A DNA stretch of 32,000 nucleotides from Amoeboradix gromovi X-113. Lineage: Eukaryota; Fungi; Sanchytriomycota. Shown piece after piece: positions 1-10,442 of the stretch. Made by a program: the position numbers and the translations under genes. The stretch spans positions 10,056-42,055 of the forward strand of contig JADGIF010000014.1 of NCBI GenBank assembly GCA_018985225.1, written 5' to 3'. Position 1 is the stretch's first letter. Every line of letters begins with the position of its first letter. The notes under the pieces were generated by a model. The model searched no databases, had not been told where the DNA came from, and was given only the letters and a program-made list of their open reading frames with translations.

Positions 1-2
1 TA

Positions 3-3000
3 TTTTTGGCTATAAATGATGAATATTATTTGGTGCGTTTAAATGCTATTACTATTGTAGGCAGGCTGAGTAGTCTAAACCCTGCTTATGTAATGCCTTG
101 CATTCGTAAAATCCTTTTCCAACTTCTCAGCGAATTAGAGTTCTCAAAGGTTAGCAAAATCAAGGAAGAATCTGCAAAACTTTTATGTGCTTTGGTTATT
201 AGCATTAAAGAATACATCAGACCATATGTTGATAGCATATTTAGGGTGCTGTTGCCCAAAGTTAAAGATAGTTCTAGTTCTGTTAGTTCTCAGATATTGG
301 TAGCAATTGGTGAAGTGTCTATTTTTGCCAAGGACGATGAAATAGTGCCGTTTCTTACATCTTTGATGACTACGCTAACAGAGACGTTGCAAGATCAGTC
401 AAGCGTCCGTAAAAGAGAAGCTGCACTGCGTAGTATGAGACTGCTTGTTAGCTCTACTAGCAATGCTATCCAGCCATATTTAGACTACCCTAACCTAATG
501 GATACACTACTTGATATTCTTAAGACTGAGCAATCACCCAGCATAAGAAAGGAAACTATGAGACTGATTGGTAACCTAGGCGCCTTGGCGCCATACACAT
601 TCAAGAACATACAACGTATCAATTTGGAAGGAACAAGTAAAAAAGAAGACCTGGATCCAGAAAACCTGGTATACCTCGGTATAATACCAAGCAATGATGA
701 CTATTATCCCACCGTAGCTATTTATGCTTTAATGAAAATACTGCGTGATCAGTCGTTAAACATACATCACACGGCTGTCATACAAGCTACACTATATATG
801 TTTAAAACCCTCGGATTAAAATGCGTGGTATATTTGAATCAAATAATGCCTTTGTTCCTGAATATAGTCGGCAATTGCTCTTCCTCGTTATTGGAGTTCT
901 ATTTGCAACAGTTAGGGCTACTAATTAAAATAGTCAAACAACATATTAGACCTTTTCTAGTAGATTTGTTTAATTTAATTGACTCTTTAAGCGGAAATCA
1001 CATTCAAATTGTATATCTATCATTATTGGAGAATATTTCTTATGCCCTTGATGGAGAATTCAAGTCTTACATCCCTCAGATTACTCCTTTCATCAACACT
1101 TTGTTGGATGCTAATATCACTAACAGTAATGTAGTTTTAAAAGCATTAGACACGCTATGTATATTCGGAAGTAGTTTAGAAGCTTATTTTCATTTGATAT
1201 TACCCAGTCTACTTAAGCTATTGGAAAGCAGCAACGATCTGTTGATTAGCCGCGTAATTAGTACTATTGGTAGCTTAAGTCGCTTGATTGATTTTAGCAA
1301 CGTTACTAGTCGCATTATCCAGCCTTTCGTTAGATTGCTCAGTACAAACTCGTTTATAAACGAAATATTGCCTGTTTTGACCAGTATGGCAATTCAATTG
1401 CAATTTGATTATTTACCATTTACGAGTCTAATTAACAAACAGCTGTTACAGTTGGATCAGTCATTGATTAATAAAGATCTTTTGAGCAAATATAAATCGA
1501 TAGTTTCTTTACTTGTAAACAATGAGCCATTGCCCGTAGATTTAATTGGAGAAATGGCACTAGTGAATTCAAGCAACGCAGTAGAGTCTATAGTAGTCAG
1601 CAAATTGCCGGTGAATCAACAGCAGCTAAAGAAAACGTGGGAAGCATCTCTACAAAGTACGCCTGAAGATTGGTTGGAATGGTTGCGGCGGCTGAGTGTG
1701 GAGCTATTAAAGGAGTCACCAAGCCATGCTTTGAGAGCATGTAGCTCTTTAGCGTCTGTGTACCCTCCAATATCAAGAGAGTTATTTAACGCAGCATTCT
1801 TGTCTTGCTGGAGTGAACTTTATGATCAATTTCAAGATGAACTAGTTAAATCTATTGAAACTGCTCTATTAAGTCCGCAAATACCACCAGAAGTATTACA
1901 ATCCTTGTTAAATCTAGCTGAATTTATGGAGCATGATGATAAGCCACTTCCAATAGATCTAAGAACCTTGGGTAGTTATGCTAACAGATGCCATGCATAT
2001 GCCAAAGCATTGCATTATAAAGAACTAGAATTTGCTACTAATCCTAGTAGCAACGTAATTGAATCATTAATCGCTATAAATAATCAACTAGACCAGCCGG
2101 AAGTAAGTTTAGGACTGTTACAAACTGCTAAACAGCATGACATCAGCATGAAGGAGAGTTGGTATGAGAAGTTGGGCAAATTTGAAGATGCATTGAGGGT
2201 GTATGAGGAGAAACAAATATTGGAACCCAACAGTATTGAGATTACATTAGGTCGGCTGAGATGTCTTAGTGCACTCAGTGAATGGGAAACCATAAGTACA
2301 ATTAGTAAAGAGAAATGGTCATCAGTAACCAGTAATCGTGAAAAACTATTGATTGCACCGTTTAGCGCAAGTGCTTCATTCCAATTGGGTGATTGGGATA
2401 TGCTTAAGATATATGTTGATATCCTTCAAGATCATAGCCCTGATTCCTCTTTCTTCAAATCTATCTTAGCTATACACGAGAATGATTATCAGCTTGCATT
2501 ATCGTTGATTGATACAACCAGAAGTATTTTAGATACAGAACTAACTGCATTAGTTGGAGAGTCATATGAAAGGGCTTATAGTGTTGCCGTCCGTGTTCAA
2601 ATGCTTACGGAATTGGAAGAAGTTATTGTAATTAAGCAGACTAACAAATCAGACCTAATTACCAAGACATGGCACAAGCGACTGCATGGTATGCAACGAC
2701 ATGTGCAAGTATGGCAGAAGATTCTGAAAGTCAGATCACTGGTTATCAGTCCAAGCGATGAATTAGATACATGGCTGAAGTTTTGTAGCTTGTGCTGTCA
2801 TCAGAATCCTAAACTAGCTTTAAAGACTCTTTCAATGCTCTTTGGATTTGATCCATCTAGTACTCCTATCAACATAATACTTGAAAGCGACCCCATGATT
2901 GTATATGCTTACATCAAATATCTATGGAACACTGATCAGACTAGCAGTTCATTGAGTTTGCTTGTTCAACTAACAGGTGTTTTGGAGAGTGGCACAAACA

Positions 3001-5312
3001 ACAACGCAAGTTTAGGTATAACCAAAATTGCTGATTCCAATTTAACGAGTCTAAGTACTAGTGGTATAGAGTCAGCCAATAAAGGTGTATATGGTGCAGG
3101 TATAACACATGGTACTCGTAATCTTCTGGCCAAGTGCCATTATAAGATAGGCCAATACAAGTCGCTGTCAAATGAAGCAACTGAGGAGTCTATCCAGTCG
3201 ATACTAAAATCATATTTATTAGCTATTCAGTATGATGTTAATTACTATAAAGTATGGCATAACCTGGCGATTACGAACTATGAAGCCATAACGATGGTGG
3301 AGAAGAAGTACAACAAGATATTACCAAATACCATGACTCTGTATATTATACCATCTTTACAGGCATTCTTCAAGTCTATAAGCATAACGCATGGTCAATC
3401 ATTCCAGGATACTCTAAGGCTGTTAACATTGTGGTTTAAATATGGCGAATTTAAAGAGATTAGTAACTGCATCCAAGAGGGTATTGACAATGTACCTGTA
3501 GAGACCTGGCTAAGTGTAATTCCCCAGTTGATAGCAAGAATAGGGTTTAGCGGAAGTCAAGGAGTTTCGCTACTAGTTAGTGTGATCCTTAACAAAATAG
3601 CAAGTGAACATCCACAAGCACTTATATACAACTTAGCAGTAGCCACTAAGTCAGCAAGCCCTAGTAGGAAGCAAGGCGCTACATTAATAATAAACAGCAT
3701 AAAAATCAATAATCCAAACCTAGTAGAACAAGCCATATTGGTGAGCGAAGAGTTGATCAGAGTAGCTATCCTGCTACATGAATCATGGCACCACGGATTG
3801 GAAGAAGCCAGTAGGTTGTTCTTTGGTGAAAATGATCCGCAAGGTATGCTGGCCGTATTAATACCATTGCATGAATTGATGGATAGCAAACAACCAGAAA
3901 CAATCAAAGAAGAAGCATTTCATCAGCAATTTTATAGGGACTTAAAGGAAGCGCACACATTGTGCATGCAGTACTTGGAGAGCAACGATAAAAATGATTT
4001 AAACCAGGCATGGGAACTCTACTTTAGTGTATTTAGAAAGATCAACAAACAACTGCCATTAATGCAACAGCTTGAGCTACAATCATGCAGCCCCAAGTTG
4101 TATATGTTAAGGGATAGTGAATTAGCAATACCGGGTACATATTCAAGTAATAATAGCATTATTAGAATCTGGAAGTTGTTACCGACAATGCAGGTAATAA
4201 CTAGCAAGCAAAGACCTCGTAAAATGACTATAATGGGTAGCGATGGTCTGGAATATCCGTTTTTATTAAAAGGACATGAAGATTTAAGACAAGATGAAAG
4301 AGTAATGCAGCTATTTCAGCTGATTAACAATCTCTTGCAACAACATCAGGAGTCATTTAAGAAGTCATTAAACATACAGCGGTACAGTGTGATACCGCTA
4401 AGTCCAAACAGTGGCTTGCTGAGCTGGGTACCTAACTGTGATACATTGCATTCATTGATTAGAGATTATAGGGAGTCGCGCAAGATATTACTAAACATTG
4501 AACATCGGCTGATGCTGCAACAAGCACCGGGATACGATAATTTGACACTGATCCAAAAGATGGAAGTTTTTGAATATTCGCTCCAAAATACGCAAGCCAG
4601 TGATCTTTATAAAGTATTATGGCTAAAATCGAAAAACAGTGAAGTTTGGTTGGATAGAAGAAGCAACTACACCAGGTCATTGGCATTGATGAGCATGGTA
4701 GGCTATATACTAGGCTTAGGAGATAGACACCCAAGCAATTTGATGCTGGATAGATACACAGGCAAGATAGTTCATATAGATTTTGGAGATTGCTTTGAAG
4801 TAGCTATGAATAGAGACAAATTTCCGGAAAAAATACCTTTTCGGTTGACCAGAATGATGGTTAATGCCATGGAAGTTAGCGGAATAGAGGGAAGTTTTAG
4901 AAGCACCTGTGAATCAGTAATGGTAGTTTTAAGAAAGAATAAGGATTCGATGCTGGCAGTGTTGGAGGCATTCGTGTATGATCCATTGATAAACTGGAGA
5001 TTAATGGCACCGGAGCAGCCACCTTTGAGTAGAACAACTACTATAGAAGAAATTCCAAATGAATTGGGTAAGAGCTACAGCAAGAGTATAGCCAGGAGCA
5101 ACAGAATATACATGAAAGATGACCACAATACAGAATTTATAAATGATAGAGCCGTAGCAGTTATAAATAGAGTGCAAAATAAGCTGAGTGGGAGAGATTT
5201 TAAACACGATAAAGTGCTAGACGCAGCAAATCAAGTTGACAAACTGATACAGCAAGCAACAAGTATAGAAAACTTGTGCCAGTTGTACGTAGGATGGTGT
5301 GCTTTTTGGTAA
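3..5312 (+). CDS. TOR: Serine/threonine kinase TOR (PIKK family); 5' part lies outside the window
   Basis: HEAT repeats, FAT domain ([15 protein letters not shown]), FRB domain ([27 protein letters not shown]), kinase motifs [27 protein letters not shown] and DFG, FATC ending [12 protein letters not shown]. The frame is open to the window edge. Confidence 0.98.
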   Translation, partial: [1769 protein letters not shown]

Positions 5313-5398
5313 TTTAGCTACTTTAAATAAATATTTGCTCAGTTTGAACCTCTTTTGGTACAAAGCTATGCCATCTCTTTGATTAATTTAAATCTTTA

Positions 5399-8309
5399 TT
5401 AAATTAATTTCCGATTATTAGCGACACTCTCTTTTCTTTTACTCCTTTGAGCTTGACTAGATCTATGTTCAATTGCAACTAATTCTTGCAGTTTAGTCTC
5501 CAGCTGAGAAATGAATAATCTTAGCTCCTTGTTTTCAGCTGTATCGACAACCACCGGAACATTTATTGCATTTAAAACCTTGTTCTTATATCTCCTATAT
5601 TCCGATTTTAGTTCTAATTTCGATTTCAAGCTTAGTTCATATTTTAGCAACATGGATTTCTGCTGACTTTGTATTTCAGACTGCTTTTCGTTCAATAGTT
5701 TTATATGGTCTTCCATCGATTTTAGTTGCTTTTTCTTGCTATCTATATCATCGTCAAGAGGATTTACCATTTTCTTTTGCTTTTCCAAAGTATGATCTAA
5801 TATATGTTTGACCTTTAATTGGAAAGATACTTGTTTGTGATTGTGATCCAAAAGGTTCTCAATTGCCACCAGACTATCTATTTTATCATTGTGCTACATA
5901 AGTACAGAATACTAAAGCTACTGATGCGGATATTTTTAATTTTATTAAATTAATTTCGGTCACCAATTCTTTTTGAGAATTCATCATTCTGTGTAGTCGA
6001 ATTTTTGATAGATCTAAAGCATGTAATAAATTTAGCCTGCGCTTTTCCAGAACCGTCACTAAACTTTTATGAGGGTATATATTCCTTTTCAGCTCTTCGT
6101 AGGTTGCATGATATTGTTCAGCAGAATTTTTGACCAGATTCTGCATTTCAGTCACTAATACCATACCCTCAATTTGAAATGAATCTGCGGAGTACCGCAT
6201 ATGTTCTATTTTATTTGATAATTTGTTTTTATTGCGAAAGTGGGTAGTTGTTTCCTGTGCTAAGCTTTCGATGGAGATATCATTTTGCTTCTGAAATTTC
6301 TCTGAGAATACTTTGCTAATTTCACATACGTCTTTGCTAGTCTGCTGCTCTAAATTTATTGTGATATTTATCACAACCAGTGCTAATTCTTGCTGCTTAT
6401 CTTTATAAGTTATCAAATTGGATTTATTGGTTTCTAAGAGAACATCCATTAGCTTTTGGAGTACATTTAGCTCCTCTCCTCTCTTCTTTTTGAATTCCTC
6501 TGATATTTTACACTTGGCGGATTTCTCTTTATTATGACGCTGCGCCAGGATATGATACTCTCTGTCGAAAGACTCTTGTATAAAAGTCTGGTCATATTCA
6601 GATTGCAATTCCAACTCAAAAAAATGGTTGTTGTGTGAGTTTACTAAACTCGAATGATGTTCTAAAGCACTAAGAGTAGAAACAATTGTATGATATAATT
6701 TCGGCACAAATTGGAAAAACACAAATCCCTCATTGCACACTACAAGTGCGTTATCATATGTAATCCATTTTAAAGGTTTAATGTGGGTAAATTCTATTGT
6801 TACTGTTTTAGAGTGGTCAACAAGTAATCTTTTGCCCGTAACTGTGAAATGAGCAAGCATAAATCCGCGAAGATTAGTTAGAATTACGAATGCTTTCATT
6901 TCATTTATATAACGAAATATAAAACTATCATACTCTGTCTGTAAACTGTATTCTAATAGTATTTCTCGCTTGTCTACTTGATAAAACCCCTTAGCTGTCA
7001 AAAACAACAGCCCTGCTTCATTATAATATGCATCTAGTATTTTTTGATCACTTATATAGTCATCTTGTTTCTTAAATGAGTATAACTTATAAGCGCTCAC
7101 AGTTTTATCAGAGTAAACCACAAAGTAAGAAGCGCACATCTTAAAACATGTATTATCTGTAAGCTTAAACGGATACTGACCCAAAAGAGTCATATCATAT
7201 ATGTTTCTGAAATTTATGAACTTTTCGGAATATGAAATTAAGCAACTATCAGAGAATCTTAAATTTGATTTTCCTTTTACATACAAAGAGGAATTTTCAA
7301 AAAATACGTTTTGCGATAGAATACCAGAACTAACCGTAGAATTTTCGTGTGAATAGAGCAATGGAATACATGGGTGAAACGTAAAATTACTGATGTATGA
7401 TGATTTAGAGATTGAAAATTCGTAATTGTAAAGATCAATATGAAAAATATAATTTTCAGAGTATCCGTACACATACCCTGTACTAAAGTTAACTGTAATT
7501 GACTCATTTAAGTGTTTTAACAAAGGGAAAGTAGTGTGTCTTAATTTCGATAATATGTAATCGGACTTTATTCTAGTTAGCTTATAAAATAAAATCTCCA
7601 TTCCATTAGTTACTACAATATGTTGATCAACTCGAATGTCTTTTATCTCAATTGGGACGATTAGCTCTTTTTGTATAGGGTATAGCAATGATAACTTCAT
7701 ATTTTTCCACAAAACAACTGCTTCTTGTAACACAAAAAGTTCACCATCATAATCTAGAGCTAGTATTTCTGCATTTAGATCTGATAAAAGTCTAACGCTT
7801 ATGCATTTAGTTTTTTTGATGATAAACACAGATTCGCTTAATGCTATAAGTTGACCTTCAACTTTGTACCTCTCAACTTTATCTATGTACAAGTGCGACA
7901 TTCCTTCTGTATAAGCAATCAAAAAGTTTGCGCTTAGTATAATCTTTTCTGGCCGTAGATCTATAGCTGTAAATCGAAAATTTTCAAAATTGTATATTTT
8001 GATATTTTTTCCAAAAATTATAAAATTGTAAGCATCAACTATTAAATCGCCATCTAATTCCATTCTTTTCACAATCGCGAGCTCTATTTTATCTAAGCAT
8101 ACCATCCACTTCTTGGAATGGTTAGTGCCAGTTATAATAATGTATTTTTGGCTATTTTTGATGCTACAAATTGCCATTTCTATATCGATACATTTGAATT
8201 TGCCCAAGCACCAAAGAAACAAATAATTACCTACATAGTATAGTATCCAGTTGTCAAAGTACTCTATTTCCTGTAAATTTAAAGGTTTGAATCCAAGAGT
8301 TGGTAACAT
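5399..8309 (-). CDS. Divergent WD40/beta-propeller plus C-terminal coiled-coil protein, ~963 aa, possibly CFAP57/CFAP43/CFAP44-like; exons 8309-5913 and 5893-5399
   Basis: Two listed ORFs join in frame (…ISASVAL|HNDKIDSLVAIENLL…) after removing a 19-nt GT-AG intron. The N-terminus (LGFKP..EIEYFDNWILYYVGN) resembles the first blade of ciliary WD-repeat CFAPs, followed by beta-rich sequence and then heptads. The family call is inference. Confidence 0.7.
5894..5912 (-). other. 19-nt spliceosomal-type intron GTATTCTGTACTTATGTAG (phase 0)
   Basis: GT..AG ends, restores the frame between two adjacent ORFs, 17/19 identical to the PMC1 intron. Confidence 0.88.
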
Positions 8310-8475
8310 TTTGAAACTTAAAATTTAGAACAAGAGTTCTCATAAAAAACCATTGAACAAGAGTAGAAATAAATCAAACCTCAATCAGAGCAAGCAAAAT
8401 TATTTAGTGATGTGGTCTTCAACATGAAATTTCCATGTTTTTAAATAACGGAATACTTTTAAAACACCATTCAAG

Positions 8476-10341
8476 ATGGGTGTCCGAGGACTTACTGGAT
8501 TTATCAGAACCCTCAAGAATTGCAATAGGGATGAAGTCGTTTATTTTAATAATGAAATCAAAATAAATGCTGTACTATCAGAAAGACTCCCAACAATCAT
8601 GGATGGTAATGCATTTACTCATTTTGCTATGGAGAATTTCTTTTCTTGGATAAATGATGACTTGAAGCTATTCTACTACACAGGCAGCAATTTGTTTAAG
8701 GATGTTGTCAAATTCTATTATTTAGCACTTTCTAAAACATTCGATTTGACTATAATATTTGATGCAGGAATCCCAGAATCAAAGCTTCAGACCCTTTACG
8801 ATCGTGAAGTTGAACGTGCTAAAGATTTAAGCAAAACAAACTTTAAAATTTTAAGTAACTCATATAAGGATATTGGGTTTTTGCAGCTGCCACCATTAAT
8901 CTATCCCTCTGTTTATGAAGCGTTGAGAGAAGTGAGTGCACCAATACAATTTGCTATCGAGGAGGCTGACGATCTGATAGCTTCTCTTGCTAGTATAAGA
9001 TCTGCTTACGTGTTATCTAATGATTCTGATTTCTATGTTTATCCGATTAAAGGTTTTATACCTTTTATGTACTTGGACATTCAAACCAAAAATGCTGAGA
9101 CATTTCTCGGAAAGACCAATATTGATAGATTAGTATCTATTACTGCCAATATTTACAATATCAAATCAATTCAAAAATCTTTGAAGATAGAATCGTGGAA
9201 TTTATACACTCTCAGTTGTTCTTTTATCGGAAATGACATGACACCTCACCATTTTTTGGATAAATTCATTTCAAGTATTCCTGAACTGTCTCGCTGTTTT
9301 GTCGTGCCGTATGGCAAGAATTATAAAAAAGCAGTCTTTCTCAAGCAGAAGTTGTATATGGTTTTCGGATTTATGGCCAAATTGCAGAATATTGAGTGGA
9401 AAATATTGCTGGATGGATTACAGAATTCCTTAAACTTGAACCAACATGAGATGGATTTACTCATAGAATCGGAAATATCATACTCACCTAAGAAACTACA
9501 CATTGTTAGCGAAAAGCATTCTATATATTCAACCCAGCCAAATCCTGCTTTCCTGGATCGTTTTTTAAGAACTGGGCTTTTAAACGGGCGAATAACAGAA
9601 ATTGGAACAGCTCAATTATGCCGATGTGGTGTAGGATTAGAGGATGAAAAAAAACCTTCAATATTTGATTCCAGCTTTAAGATGCAGAGATGGTTGTTTA
9701 CAATCTGCAAGTATTTTCTGTTCGGATTTAAGGAAAATTCAATCCTGGTAATTAAACGAGAATTGAACAAAGCAAAGAGATATCAGACAGAAATACCTTC
9801 GCTAAAGGAACTGTCTGAACTTGTAGGAATTCAACTGTATGGGGATTCTTGGTGGGCCCTGACATTTAAGCAAAAAAATAAAATATTTTCTGCTCTGCTA
9901 GGAGTTGAAGAAGCAGACAACATGATGGATTTTGTCATGAAGTACATCACGAGAGAGCTGAGGGATCAAGATATGTTGCCTTTTATAAAGTACGTCAAAG
10001 ATTGTTATGCAATTTACCCGGAAGACATTGTTGTAAAAGATCATCCGAATCTGTTGCCTTTTTACCATATGGCTTCGGAAGTTCAAGCGTTACTATTGGA
10101 AATGTTCAACTTGGGCAGAGCTGTATTCTACACCACAAGCAAAGAAAAGTATACCGAGACTGAGTCCCGATTTATTTTGGATCTATTCACAGACATTTCC
10201 TCTTTTTTTGATGCTACTCATTTCGTATTGAAGTGTATAGGGATGGATAATGGACTCCGTAGAGCAAACAAGGTTAGGAAATATGACAAGCTGCCGCAGA
10301 ATTTTGAAGAAACATTGAATTTTTTGAAAGGCGATGCTTGA
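8476..10341 (+). CDS. Asteroid-like (ASTE1/FAM120, XPG/PIN-domain) nuclease family protein
   Basis: MGVRGLTGFI start, DGN, EADDLIASLA, VLSNDSDFYVY and GND motifs typical of asteroid/XPG_I_2 PIN domains. Confidence 0.85.
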   Translation: MGVRGLTGFIRTLKNCNRDEVVYFNNEIKINAVLSERLPTIMDGNAFTHFAMENFFSWINDDLKLFYYTGSNLFKDVVKFYYLALSKTFDLTIIFDAGIPESKLQTLYDREVERAKDLSKTNFKILSNSYKDIGFLQLPPLIYPSVYEALREVSAPIQFAIEEADDLIASLASIRSAYVLSNDSDFYVYPIKGFIPFMYLDIQTKNAETFLGKTNIDRLVSITANIYNIKSIQKSLKIESWNLYTLSCSFIGNDMTPHHFLDKFISSIPELSRCFVVPYGKNYKKAVFLKQKLYMVFGFMAKLQNIEWKILLDGLQNSLNLNQHEMDLLIESEISYSPKKLHIVSEKHSIYSTQPNPAFLDRFLRTGLLNGRITEIGTAQLCRCGVGLEDEKKPSIFDSSFKMQRWLFTICKYFLFGFKENSILVIKRELNKAKRYQTEIPSLKELSELVGIQLYGDSWWALTFKQKNKIFSALLGVEEADNMMDFVMKYITRELRDQDMLPFIKYVKDCYAIYPEDIVVKDHPNLLPFYHMASEVQALLLEMFNLGRAVFYTTSKEKYTETESRFILDLFTDISSFFDATHFVLKCIGMDNGLRRANKVRKYDKLPQNFEETLNFLKGDA

Positions 10342-10442
10342 TCAATGAATCTGTGTTTATGTCTTAAAACCTTGTCCGCGAGACTCGATAGCTCCATTTT
10401 TAAAACTCACTCGAATAAACTATCTCCTTTAAACCTTAATTC

